DNA of 64,000 bases. Source: Octopus vulgaris. Its lineage: Eukaryota. Shown here in pieces: positions 35,753 through 49,056 of this stretch (positions are counted from its first letter, which is position 1; every line of letters starts with the position of its first letter). The stretch covers positions 47,492,001 to 47,556,000 of the forward strand of contig OX597817.1 in assembly GCA_951406725.2 (NCBI GenBank). Reading direction: 5' to 3'. Made by a program: the position numbers and the translations under genes. The notes under the pieces were generated by a model that saw only the letters and a program-made list of their open reading frames with translations, made no database searches and was not told the origin of the DNA.

Positions 35753-36482
35753 CAAAGTCGACCTCAGAAGAATTTGAACTCAGAACGTAAGGATAGATAA
35801 AATGGCATGAAACATTCTGCCAGCTGACTGCCTTATAGGGGAGGGTTACGAATACTGATACAGATAAGTGACACGGATGTATCACTATGGGAGATTATTG
35901 GGCAAAACAATGTGAGTAAATCATAAAGCCAGCCTCCACCCATCCTGATAATGCCAACTGTGAAGAAGCCCATCTCTAGAGGCCAGAGAAGATAATGAGA
36001 AAAGAAATTAAAGATATCAATACTTTTGAAAGCTGTCGAGACATTCAAGGCTAATTCTTGAGAATGTTGAAAGCATAGGAACAGGTTGTTGTAACACTGG
36101 TCACTCACATAACAAACCAGGCTGTGCAACACTGCTATTGCATAAAACTAATAAAGCAACTACATGGTTAATTATTATGAAAGTAAGCGATGCGCTAAAG
36201 AAAGAAAACTGCAGGAATCCCACACTAATGGACTAAGTAATGACAATAGTGCAACCATTCATAAAGCAGGATAATTGGGCCGTATAAAATAATATGTACA
36301 CAGGGCCTTATAAAATGTTATACCAATGCCTTACAGATACTATATACAGTAAAACAATTACAAGATCTTAAAAATCAATAAATGCCTTTTATTTATTTTT
36401 TACTAATACAGTTGTCCTATTATATAGTATATGATAATCGTCAGTATACAAAATATCTCTGGATATGTTAAACATGTGTGTT

Positions 36483-36517
<35 letters not shown>

Positions 36518-36664
36518 GTGTATAAGAATTTATACATGGAGAGGAGACCACCATTCTTCCTGTGTATAAATTCATATGTATAAAAAATATCTATGTCTTC
36601 TGACTTTTATTATGCATCCGAACCACCGGTATAAATTATTTATTTAATAATTTTTACCCATGTT

Positions 36665-36710
<46 letters not shown>

Positions 36711-36818
36711 TGTATGTATTTATATATATGTATGTATGATTTTATATTTGTATGTAAATATATGTATGAATATATATATATATATATATATGTGCGTGTG
36801 TAAATATATATATATATT

Positions 36819-36859
<41 letters not shown>

Positions 36860-37635
36860 AATTGTGTATGTGTCTTTGTACCCCAGCCATCACTTGACAA
36901 CCGATGTTGCTGTGTTTACGTCCACATAACTTAGCCGTTTGGCAAAACACTCCGGTAGAATAAGAATTAGGCTTACAAAGAATAAATCCTGAGGTTGATT
37001 TCTTCGACTAAAATCAGTGCTCCAGCATGTCTGCAGTCACATCACCAAAACAAGTAAAACAATAAAAAAAAAACTATGCCATTTTAACCTCGTGCAACGC
37101 CGGGTATCTCTGCTAATGTATACACACACACATATATATATATATAAAATACACTTTAATTGAAATAGAGTTTCCCCAAAATTAAACATCTGCTAATATA
37201 ATATATGCGAAAACTAATTTCTGTGTGTCAGTGTGTCACATTTTGACCCCTCTCTTACTATTCAATAACACTTCCTCATGCTGGGGTGTGAGTAATATTA
37301 GGCATAGAGGTGGTGAGGGTGGTGGTGAAGACACAGAGAGAGAGAAAGACAGTAAAAGAGAGTGAGTGAAAAAGAGACAAAGAAATTTAGGGAGAGTTGA
37401 TGATGTTTTATTAAAAGTAGTAGTTTTGATGGAGGTAGTGGGAGTAATAATAAGAGAGAGAGAGAAAGAGAGAGATGAGGTACAACTTTCCTGGACAGAA
37501 ATTTCTGTGGCCAGCATACTGAACCAACGACTGAACACTGTCATTTTTGGTTTATATTTTGGCTTTCTTTAATACATACGTGTGTGTGTGTGTGTGTGTG
37601 TGTCTGGCAGCTTTTAAGCTAGTATACAATAAGTC

Positions 37636-38141
37636 CGAAGATGGAGAGATTCAATGGATATAAATTGATTTATTAATTATTTAACATTGTCGACTTACTG
37701 GCACCTGTGCTGGTGGCATGTGTAAAAAGATTTGAGCAAGGTCATTGCCAGTACCGCCTGACTGGCCCCTTTGCTAGTGGCACGTAAAAGGCACCCACTA
37801 CACTCTCGGAGTGGTTGGCGTTAGGAAGGGCATCCAGCTGTAGAAACATTGCCAGATCAAGATTGGAACCTGGTGCAGCCATCTGGTTTGCCAGCCCTCA
37901 GTCAAAATCATCCAAACCATGCTAGCATGGAAAGCAGACATTAAACGAGGATGATAATGATGATGACCTACAATCGTTTCACTTTGCACCCAATTTAAAT
38001 TACAAAACATATATAATAATATAAGTTAGCATTATATCATTATATACGTTTCGTAATTTAATCTGCTGTGAAGTGAAACAATTGTAGGCAATGTTAAATA
38101 ATTTATAAATTAATTTATATCGATTAAATCTCTCCATTTTC
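37636..38141. repeat. Fold-back element interrupted by an RTE 3' copy (37690-37965)
   Basis: Left arm GAAGATGGAGAGATT..TTTAACATTG + CCTACAATCGTTTCAC pairs with right arm GTGAAACAATTGTAGGCAATGTTAAA..AATCTCTCCATTTTC. Confidence 0.7.
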
Positions 38142-38391
38142 AAATTTATTATTAATAATATTTGATGTTTTATAATACATTTGTTCAAGAAATATTTCTG
38201 TAAAATATAATATATTAAACCAGGATATCTTGGATAAAACTATCCCTATTGGAGGTTCAAGTATCCTCATAGCGAATATATATATATATATATATACATA
38301 TTATATATACATATACATATTATATATATATATATACACACATATATATTATATATATATATATATATATTATATATATGTATATATACAC

Positions 38392-38429
<38 letters not shown>

Positions 38430-40469
38430 GTAATATAAGTATGCATGCATGTATATACATATCTATGTATATGTATAAGCATGCACACATACATTCACAT
38501 ATATTTTTCAATCAGCAGAAGTTATAAAGTGACTCAAGCTTCTATGTATATTTACATTATATATATATATATATATGCACACACACACATATACACACAT
38601 GCACAGGTTCTATTTTTCCTGTCTGTATTACCAAACTTGCACATATGTTTGTACATACGTGTTCACGTATATACACATACATGTGCACACACACAGATTA
38701 TTAATCCCACATTCATACTTTTTTTTTGGTTTGATAATGGATGAGATTGTAAATGATAGAAAAATAACACCTTCCTAGAAGGTCTTTTGAGGAACGGATT
38801 TGGCTGTTCTCTAATATTTGTATAATTCTACACAAAATGTAAAGGCAAGTAATATGATTTTCTTTTTTTTTTTTTCATTCAAAAGTTGAATATTTATTAC
38901 TTGCCTCTGTGATAAGATATTGCATATTTCATATTTTCAGTGTATTTTGATAAAAGTGATTGAGTGCAATTGCTAGGAGAAAAGTAAATCCTTAAGCAAT
39001 TCACACCACTGAAACCAACAGATGCGTACAGGTCTTACTTTTTGATAGACTGCTAGAGAAACATGAGAAAAGATGAGATGCCAGGAACTTTTTTCTTTTC
39101 AATAGGAAGGAAACAAAAAATACAAAGGAAAAAAATGAAAAAATATTTAAAAAAGAATAGCTAACAAATTAAGAGTTTAAACTTTCTACAAAATAGATTT
39201 ATAAAAAGAATTACTAGAGTGAAAATTCTAAAAATATTGATATCAGAATAAATAATAAATACAATGGAAAACGTCAGAAATACCAAAAGAAAATAATTAT
39301 TTTATAGAAAATACTGTCTTTTTTTATATAACAAGGAAAGACATACATAATAAATTGCTGGAAATCTAAGATTTTCCTATATATTTTCTACTGTAAACTA
39401 AGTTGAACACACGGTAAATTTTACAGATTTCATAAAAGAAAAAAATTCGACTACAGTTTTTAAAAATTTTTTTTGGTAATTCACCTTCATTTCAGTGCTA
39501 GACCAAGTATACTTACTTCATATCCTATGTTTCATTCTTCCTTTACTGGTGCCACATCCATGCTGGTGCCGCACCTGTTTTGGGTGTTATGTAAGTGTTT
39601 GTGTCACATAAAAAGCACCCAGTACATTCTGTAAAGTGGTTGGCATTACGAATGACATCCAGCCTTAGAAACCATGCCAAAACAGACAATGGGATCCTGG
39701 AGCAGCTCTCCAGCCCACCTGCCCCTGTCAAACCATCCAACCCATGCCAGATGTTAAATGATGACGACGAAGGTGCTTTACTAAATATTCAAACAGACTG
39801 GGAGGTGGGATCTATAGCACCAACCTGGTTTCACTTCAGCAAGTGTCATTCATTAGAATTTGAAGCTAGCACATTCCACAGGTAATCTTATCTGTCACCA
39901 AGTGGACATCTAAGATCTTCCTCAATAATAAGGAATACCCTTCATCATTGATGTGGATGGAGTCAGTATGTTATCAAGACAATAGAGTGCTAGATAATTT
40001 ATGGGTTTAAGGGTCCAAGGTTCATATCCTACCACCTAACTTTCAATGCAAATACTGAGCTGTATATAAGATACCATCATGTAACAATTAATCAATGAAA
40101 ATGAGCCACATTAATAAATATATTATTTTATTCTTTTTTTTAAATTTATTTATTTCAGTCGCTGAATGGTAGCCAGGATGGGGCCCCCTATTAAGGATCT
40201 GAGTCAATCAAATTTATGCCAGTATATTTTATTTTAAGTCTAGTGTTTCTTCTATTGCTTTCATTTTTTTTTTTCACACAAATGACACCAATGCCATTAC
40301 ACTCTCAGAGTGGTTGGCATTAGGAAGGGCATCCTGCCGTAGAAAACCATGCCAAATCAGACTGGATCCTGGCACAGCCTTCCAGTGTGCCAGCCCAGTC
40401 AAACTGTCCAATCCATGCCAGGTTGGACAACAGACATTAAATGATGATGATGATGAGATATATATATAT

Positions 40470-40692
40470 ATTTCTTTACTACCCACAAGGGGCTAAACAC
40501 AGAGGGGACAAACAAGGACACACAAAGGGATTAAGTCGATTACATCGACCCCAGTGGTACTTAATTTATTGACCCCAAAAGGATCAAAGGCAAAGTCAAC
40601 CTCGGCGGAATTTGAACTCGGAACGTAATGACAAACGAAATACAGCTATGCATTTCGCCCGGCGTGCTAACATTTCTGCCAGCTCGCCACCT
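40470..40692 (-). mobile_element. SINE family B monomer
   Basis: Reverse complement of the family B consensus including the head. Confidence 0.85.
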
Positions 40693-40804
40693 TTACGTAT
40701 AAATATATATATATATTGGCTTGCTTGCTTAGCCAGCGGGGTGACGTCATGTGACCAGCAATGTGTAGCAACATCTGATAGCCTGGTCAGTCACGGTGAT
40801 CACG

Positions 40805-40837
<33 letters not shown>

Positions 40838-40839
<2 letters not shown>

Positions 40840-40993
40840 AGAGTTTACGAAAATAAACAAAAGACGAAGACAGGTGGTGTACAAAACAAACAGATGTATT
40901 AGTATAATGCTCAGGAATAGAAAAAGTCTTTTACGTTTCAAGCCTACGCTCTTCTACAGAAAGGGACACAGAAAAAACAAGGAGAGAAAAAAA

Positions 40994-40995
<2 letters not shown>
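40838..40995 (-). mobile_element. Penelope-like terminal-repeat fragment with hammerhead-shaped motif (40928-40963)
   Basis: Minus strand reads CTTT CTGTAGA A GAGC GTAG GCTT GAAAC GTA AAAG. Relatives at 49995-50120 and 56560-56700. Confidence 0.55.
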
Positions 40996-41045
<50 letters not shown>

Positions 41046-42014
41046 CATAAATAAATAAATATATACATACATACATATGTATGCATGTAGAAAGAAATGG
41101 CATGGCTACTATATGCTTATGTATATATGTGTGTATGTGTGTGTATGTATATATATATATAACATGAAATATTCAGCTCTTTAAAGTTTATACCCAAATA
41201 ACAACAAAATAAATATAGAAATAAAAACTTTATTTTTTTTTTCTTTCACATAAGCTTCTTAAAAGCAACAAAAAAAAAAGGTGGAGAAAAAAAATTCTCC
41301 TTGTATTTCTTTGAAGTTTATTACTAGATCTTTTGAATTTTCACTTTTCCGAATTTCTCTTTTTTTATATTTCTCTCTATATATATACATATATATTTTT
41401 GGTAAATTCCCTTGGAAGCAAGAATCTCAGAAATGGTTAACATATATTCTGTTGACCACCTAGCTCCGAGCATCAAACAACCACCAAACAAAAAAAATTA
41501 AAAAAACCAAATTAGATAAATAACTAAAAATAAAATGAAAACATTGTTAACCCTTTTCAAATCAATATCTGCTCTCAAGGAAATTTAATGCCAGTTATAT
41601 CGGTTATATATCATCGCTATCATGATTAGATGGCTATGATGTTGTCAAGGAAACAATGTAGAGTGACAAGAAGAGAAATTAGATTTTCAGTCAGATATTT
41701 TAATATCTCAGTAACAGAGTTCTATTCTGTAGAGTTAAGAGAGTTTGTATCTCATAGGTGCAGGTGTGGCTGTGTGGTAAGAAGCTTGCTGCCCAACCAC
41801 ATGGTTCCAGGTTGAGTCCTACTGAGTAGCATCTTGGGTAAGTGTCTTCTATAATAGCTTTGAGCTTGTGAGTGGATTTGGTACACAGAAACTGAAACTA
41901 GCCTGTCATATATATATATATATATCATCATCATTATCGTTTAACTTCTGCCTTCCATGCTGGCATAGGTGGGATATATATATATATATGTGTGTGTGTG
42001 TGTATGTGTATATA

Positions 42015-42298
42015 TATCACCATGACCAACCAGGCTATCAGATGTTGCTACACATCGCTGGTCACAATGCGCTTCGCATTGTTTTAGCCTTCAAATGACG
42101 CCACCCCGCTGGCTAAGTGAGCAGGCCAACAGAAGAAAGAGTGAGAGAAAGTTGTGGCGAATGAGTGCAGCAGGGATCGCCACCACCCCCTGCCAGAGCC
42201 TCATGGAGCTTTAGGTGTTTTCACTCAATAAACACTCACAATGCCCGGTCTGGGAATCGAAACCGCGATCCTAACCACTGGGCCATTGCACCTCCACA
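42015..42298 (-). mobile_element. SINE family C
   Basis: Reverse complement of 4260-4569. Confidence 0.85.
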
Positions 42299-42312
42299 CA
42301 CACATATATATA

Positions 42313-42525
42313 AAATTTTTTCGTAATGCGATAAAAAACCAAGGCAGTGTAGAACATCTATAAATAGGTCTTTCAGCTGTTTCTAAGATATTTATTATAT
42401 CCCTTCATCAGAGACAATGTGAGAAGATGGTTAAGCAAAACAGCTGTAAGACCTTCTATTTATAAATGTTCTAAAATCTACACTGCCTTGGGTTTTATTT
42501 TATCTCATTACGAATAAAAATTTTT
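42313..42525. repeat. Fold-back element with minimal hammerhead (minus strand 42368-42415)
   Basis: Arms TTCGTAATGCGATAAAA..CCAAGGCAGTGTAGA / TCTACACTGCCTTGG..TTTTATCTCATTACGAA. GTCT CTGATGA AGGGATAT..ATATCTT A GAAA CAGCTG (T)A AGAC. Confidence 0.7.
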
Positions 42526-43166
42526 TTTATAAACACATGCTGATATATGACCTAAGTTGGACCCCTTATTCACATAATCACCAAACCTGGAACTCAAACT
42601 ATGGTCTATCCATAGCACTTATTCAGCATTACCTGACACCTTTGGGTCTCACTGACACCATTACCTCTCACAACCTCTACATATATCATGGCACTCTATA
42701 TATATCACAACCTCTATATATATCATGGCACTCTGTCAGTTACGATGACAAGGGTCCCAGCTGATCCGATCAATGGAAAAACCTGCTCGTGAAATTAACG
42801 TGTAAGTGGCTGAGCATTCCACAGACACATGTACCCTTAACGTAGTTCCCAGGGAGATTCAGCATGACACAGAGTGTGACAAGGCTGGCCCATTGAAATA
42901 CAGGTACAGCAGAAACAAGAAGAAAGAGTGAGAGAAAGTTGTGATGAAAGAATACAACACGATTCGCCACCACTCCCTGCAGGAGCCGCATGGCGCTTTT
43001 AGATGTTTTCGCTCAATAAACACTCACAAAGCCCGGTCTGGGAATCAAAACCACGATTCTATGACCACAAGTCCACTGCCCTAACCACTGTGCCTCCACT
43101 ATATATATAATCATCGAACAATGGAAATGAATGCTCAACACCACATTGATGGATATTATTTCTTTA

Positions 43167-43522
43167 TTTGTGAATTAAAGCTACCATTGGTTTCATGTTA
43201 AAAAAGTAGTAAAAGATCCTAATGTCTGAACAATTTTTCAAGCTGATCACATGGAGAAAGGTATTTGCCTCCATTTTGGAAAACAGTCTCGTTTCGTTCA
43301 TGGGGTTTCCCATAAAATCACATAAATAAAACAATGAATGTCCCTTGATTCATTGATTTATTTATGCAAAATTATGAGAAACCCCATGAATGAAGTGAGA
43401 CTGTTTTCCAAATTGGAGGCGAACACCTTTCTCCATGTGATTGGCTTAAAAAAGTGTTAAGATGCCAAGGTGCTTTCCCACTTTTCTTAACATAAAACTA
43501 ATGGTAGCCTTAATTCACAAAT
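43167..43522. repeat. ~355-bp fold-back (long imperfect palindrome), MITE-like
   Basis: Two ~170-bp arms (TTTGTGAATTAAAGCTACCATT...CACATGGAGAAAGGT...CAATGAAT and the reverse complement) around a ~7-nt loop near 43340. Confidence 0.85.
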
Positions 43523-44100
43523 ATATATATATAAATATATTTAAAAAGTAAAAGGGTCAAAAGGAAGAATAAGTATGGTTAGGCAGTTTTTTAATCGCTA
43601 CAAATGTTTGATACATACAGATCTTCGTATATACAGGATTTAAAGTTGAGTCTAAATTAAATTATTTAACGATTCACCTGTAGAAGAAGATCTATGTATA
43701 TCTCCTCCTCAGGCGATATTCAGTTACTGTCTCCATAAGCAAAATTTAGATTTCCATGCTACAACATCCATGGCTTCTTCTTTGAAACTAACAAATGCTG
43801 ACGGTTTCAATTTGCTCGGTATGAGTGTGTTATCACCTTCGACATGAGCTGCAATGTGCACGTTGTCTGTTTATTTATTCAGTTTCAACATGTTATTCTG
43901 CACATGCCAAACTGTCCCATTACGCAAAATACATTCATCCATTAGCTCATACTTATACAATCACTTACACACCGATATACCATACATCACTGAGTGTTTC
44001 CATACAAACACACAAACACATTGTATTGGGTTGGCAAGAAAGTAATTTCAGTTTTTTAGGATGAAGTAAGTCCTTTTGTTTTTCATACAAAGAATGGACT

Positions 44101-45436
44101 TTAGCCCCTTAATGGATCAATTATTCTGACATGGCGTTTCATTTCAGAACATATTTTTTTAATTTCCTTTTTTAATTATATACACTGTGTTAATTACAAA
44201 AAAAAGTTTTTTATCTTGCTTCCTTTATTTCTTATGATAGAAATTAAAATGTACTTTTACTCATTTGGATTTAAACGAGTTAACTCAGACATTGAAAAAA
44301 ATACATACAACTTAACTATCTTCTAAAAAAATCTTTAATTTTTTTTATAAAATGTATTACTTTTAAATCAAAGGAAAATTATTAAAAAATGAGATAGACA
44401 GTTTATTTAGAATGATAATTTTTAAAACAAGGAGTTACACACAAAGTTATCTTGCAGACATTACACATGTATCTGCTTTCTCTTTGAATCTTCTTTCCTT
44501 TAGCGTCTCTCTTCTCTGCACATTTTGCATACTGTCTTGTAGGGTTCTTTTTCTTATCACTTGGTGGTATTTCCATGGGAAAGTGACCAGCAGGGGCAAA
44601 TCTTGTTGGATATGGGATCGACGATGGTCTTCCATGTTTCATAGGAGGCAATAAGGGCCTATATTTTTCAATAATCTTGGTGATTATTTGCATTCTAAAT
44701 TTCAACGGTTTCATAACAGAAGCTGAAGTTTCCAAAGATGCTTTATACAAAACATAAGAATTCCAGATAGCCAAATCCATCAAATGAAAAAATACTTTTT
44801 TATAATATTTTTTCCCATGTTTCCTTATGGTGGGATAATTGACAAGATACTGTTCAACTATATCTACTCCTCCCATCGTAGAATTGTAGTCACTGACAAC
44901 TTTTGGTTGGTTCTTCACCCCTCTTCTTGTCTGAACTTCTTCTTGGGCTGGATTATGAATAGTCGAAAGAAACGTGACCTCATTCTTATCCTTCCATTTC
45001 AGTATCATAACCTTTCCTTGTTGACAAGCACTAACCTGATCAGTCTTCAATTTGCTTTTCTTTATTCCTTTGGGACCTCTTTTCTATTTAGTTGCAAAGT
45101 TCCATAAACATCTGTTTTATTTGCAATCAACAGATCAGCCAATTGGGGGCTGCTATAATAGTTGTCAATGATCAAACAATGACCCTTATTTAGCAAGGGC
45201 ATCATCAAGGTCATGACGACTTGTGAAGAAATAGGGAGGTCACTAAATTCAGGATCAAAACGAGTACCTTTGCCAACATACAGGCATAGGAGTGGCTGTG
45301 TGGTAAGTAGCTTGCTTACCAACCACATGATTACGGGTTCATTCCCACTGCGTGGCACCTTGGGCAAGTGTCTTCTACTATAGCCTCAGGCCGACCAAAG
45401 CCTTGTGAGTGGATTTACTGAAAGAAGCCTGTCGTA

Positions 45437-45469
<33 letters not shown>

Positions 45470-46400
45470 CATCATCATCATCATCATCGTTTAGCGTCCG
45501 TTTTCCATGCTAGCATGGGTTGGACGGTTCTACTGGGGTCTGTGAAGCCAGAAGGCTTCATCAGGCCCAGTCAAATCTGGCAGTGTTTCTACGGCTGGAT
45601 GCCCTTCCTAACGCCAACCACTCCGTGAGTGTAGTGGGTGCTTTTTACGTGCCACCCGCACTGGTGCCAGACAGAGCTAGCAAACGGCCATATATATATA
45701 TATGTATGTATGTATGTGTATATGTTTGTGTATCTGTGTTTGTCCTCCCAAAATCGCTTGACAACCGATGCTGGTGTGTTTACGTCCCCGTAGCTTAGCG
45801 GTTCAGCAACAGAGACCGATAGAATAAGTTAGACAAACAAAGAATAAGTCTTGGGGTTGATTTGCTTGACTAAAAGGCGGTGCTCCAGCCTGGCCGCAGT
45901 CAAATGACTGAAACAAGTAAAAGAGTATGAGTATAAATTATAAAAGACCATACATAGCCACAGAGCATGAAATATTTTATTCCAAATTGTGAACTTTTGA
46001 TTGGAATAAACTGAACCCAGTCAACTCTTCCTTTATAAAGCATGAGGGATTCATCGATTGTTACATCTTTTCCAAGGTTGTAAAAATTTTGAAACTTCTC
46101 TTAATTGGGTAAATTTCGTAGATATAGCAAAGTTTGGGGTTTGGATGAGTTTCTCAATCAAACGAATCATTGTTCGTAAAATGCAAGTATTCTCGAATCT
46201 TCTTGTAACATCGGTATGACATTGTATTTGCAAATATTGGTGTTTCAAGCAAAGGATCTATGCCCTAATACATTTCCTCCTCTAGTTTCTTGACAATAAC
46301 CATCAACATTTTCACACCAAGAAACATCATCATTTCAGGTGGAGTAACAGACTCCTAATTTGATGTTTTACTCTCAGCCATTTTGTTCATTTTTTTTTGC
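44101..46400 (-). pseudogene. piggyBac (PGBD4-like) transposase, disrupted
   Basis: IDESLMLYKGR..W.QFIP.K..QFGIK.FMLC, IIY|VGKG, IIDNYYSS, YNSTMGGVD, YKKVFFHL and the Cys-rich end C..C...RYMC..C...LCV.PCF..YH. Frameshift near 45055, SINE insertion, probable terminus near 44101 (TTAGCCCCTT). Confidence 0.88.
45281..45932 (+). mobile_element. SINE family A inside the piggyBac ORF, itself carrying an RTE 3' copy (45468-45690, minus) in its (TA)n
   Basis: The transposase reading frame rejoins across the insert (…WSFIIY | VGKGTRF…). Confidence 0.88.
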
Positions 46401-48068
46401 ATATAAGATCCAAAAGAGATTCATCAAAATAAAGTCGAAAAAAATCTAGAGGATTCATAGAACTAGGATCTTGTTCCAAATTTATGTCTGGTTTACCAGT
46501 GAAAGGAAATGGAGGTGGTGTAGGAGGAGAATCGGACAAGCAATTGATTTCGTGCCATGCACGTGCATCTATCTAATTATCTTCTTGTCATCTTCTGAAA
46601 AATGCTTAGCAGTATTTCATTCGCCATTACGTTCTGAGTTCAAATTCTGCCGAGGTCGACTTTGCTCTTCTTCCTTATGGATTCGATAAATTAAGTACCA
46701 GTTGTGTACTGGGGGTCAATCTAATTGACTGGTTCCCTCCCAAAAAATTTTGGGCCTTGTGCCTAGAGCAGAAAAGAATATATGTAACTTCAGTAGCTGA
46801 GAGAGACCAAGTTAGCTACGAGCTGGACATGAACTCAGAAATCCTAGGCAGCTAAATTAGATGATATAAAACATACAACACATCCACTGTCTGCTGTCCA
46901 TGCCAACCGCATTGACCTAACCTCATATTCTACTAAAACATGATATATTTGACAGATTCTTATGGCAATTCCAACTGGAACAATTTCATAGAAACAATAC
47001 AGCTTCACTCTAAGCCAAAAACTGCTATAGGAATAGTAAAATTACATCAACAGTATCTAAAGTATAGTTTAATCACATCAACTCCACTTCAATTCCACAC
47101 AGAGGGAAACTCGGTCCAACTATCTCATCATTTGTCCTCACGTTTATACAAGAATATTGGAAATAAAAAAAAATTAACAAAAACAGTTAACTATTCAAAG
47201 CAGCACCAAGTTTTGGTAAATAGCAGATGCTAATGTATTTAACTTTTGAAGAATGTCAATAAAACACATCTGGCTGGATATCAACAGATAAACAGAAGTC
47301 GAGAGATGTGCATTAGAAATAGGAGAATGTTATGACAACAGGTGTATGTATATGTGTAAATGCGCAAACATGCATATATGTATATGCATATATTTAAGTG
47401 TATGTATATATGTACATCAATCTATCCGCCTATCTATCTATGTATATATAAAGATATTTATGTATATATAAATATGTTTATGTGTGTGTGAGTGTGCAAG
47501 ATAAGAATGAGTATGAGATAAAATAAATGCGTGTGTGTGAATGCGCATGCATATCTAAGTACGTGCAACTGTCTGCTGCAATGCTATTGTGATGGATGGC
47601 TGCTTGTAAGAGTGCACATATGAATGGGCATGAGTGATTATGCAGGTGAATATTTGTACATGCATAAGTACACATCTATATGCAACATCTCTAACAGCTT
47701 GTGTGAGTGTGCATAAATGCAAATGATATACATACATACATACATACATATATATAAGAGCACGTAGGCAAGTGACTAAGCGTAAGTATATCTATTACTG
47801 TAAAATGCACCAGGATGTATAGACGTATGCGCAGATGCACTTGTGTGCAATTGTGATTGAGTGAGGGGGAAAAGAAAGCACGAGATATATTTTCCGGCAC
47901 ATAACGGATTATTACAGAGAAATGGTAGGCTGACATTGTTCTGCTTGCCAAAAACTTACCCAAATTAATAGGGCTGTCAAAGAAAGCTAAAGGCACCTTC
48001 ACATGCTGAGATTGTGCCAATGCAACATAGTTTCATTTCAATAACTTTTACATGCACGTATATACATG

Positions 48069-48116
<48 letters not shown>

Positions 48117-48195
48117 CAAACACACAGACACATATATATACACACATTTTGATACAGTTTTACATATACATATTCATATTTACACGTAAGCGAAA

Positions 48196-48227
<32 letters not shown>

Positions 48228-48243
48228 GCACATATATATATAT

Positions 48244-48302
<59 letters not shown>

Positions 48303-48471
48303 CTCACGCACAAACATGTATGTACAGACGCATATTTCTATATTTATAAGAGCATGCAAGAATTAGATCATAACATTGGCCAACCAATGAATTTCAATGG
48401 CATCTAAAGCAGACATGCATTTATTGGATATGGAGAACTTTTATCATTTATCGTTCAAAGTCTAAGTACAG

Positions 48472-48544
48472 TAATAGCAGCAGCAGCGATGGTGGCAGTG
48501 GTGGTGGTAGTAGTGGCAGCAGTGGTGGTGGAGGCGGTAGTAAT

Positions 48545-48597
<53 letters not shown>

Positions 48598-48634
48598 CAG
48601 TAGTGGTAGCAGCAGCAGCAGTACAACAACAACA
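48472..48634. repeat. (CAG)/(TAG)/(TGG) triplet repeat tract
   Basis: Seen directly. Confidence 0.9.
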
Positions 48635-49056
48635 AGCCTGATTCCTTGATGGTGATCCAATTCAGAAACACAAAATCTGGCAGACTTCTGGCCACCACCA
48701 CTCTAGCATCCTTGTCCTATTACTTCATCTCTCCTCTGCTTGCTTTTGCTGTGTCCACCCACCACAAGCATTTAAGTCCGGTATTCGCCGTATTGACCCC
48801 CTTTTTGCTGAACAGTTAAGTTACGGGAATGTAAACAAACCAATATCATTTGTGAAATGGAGGGAGATATTCCCTCGTTCACACACACATGCTCATAGAC
48901 ACACGATGGGCTTTTATATAGTACTGGTCCAACAAATTTACTCACAAAGCATTGGTTTACCTGGACACAAACTCAAGGTACCATGGAGTGACACTAAATT
49001 ACATGGAAGTAGAACACACAAAACAAGGTATATATATCCTCAATTTGGATGTATAT

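Noticed and set aside
43670-43720. Minus-strand CTGAGGA followed by a hairpin (hammerhead 5' half)
   Set aside because: No GAAA, stem III or stem I partner follows.
44403-45050. Possible domesticated PGBD gene
   Set aside because: The upstream part is frameshifted, has stops and is split by a SINE, so it is a transposon fossil.
48448-48701. Poly-Leu/Pro and poly-Tyr/Cys/His ORFs
   Set aside because: Triplet repeat artefact.
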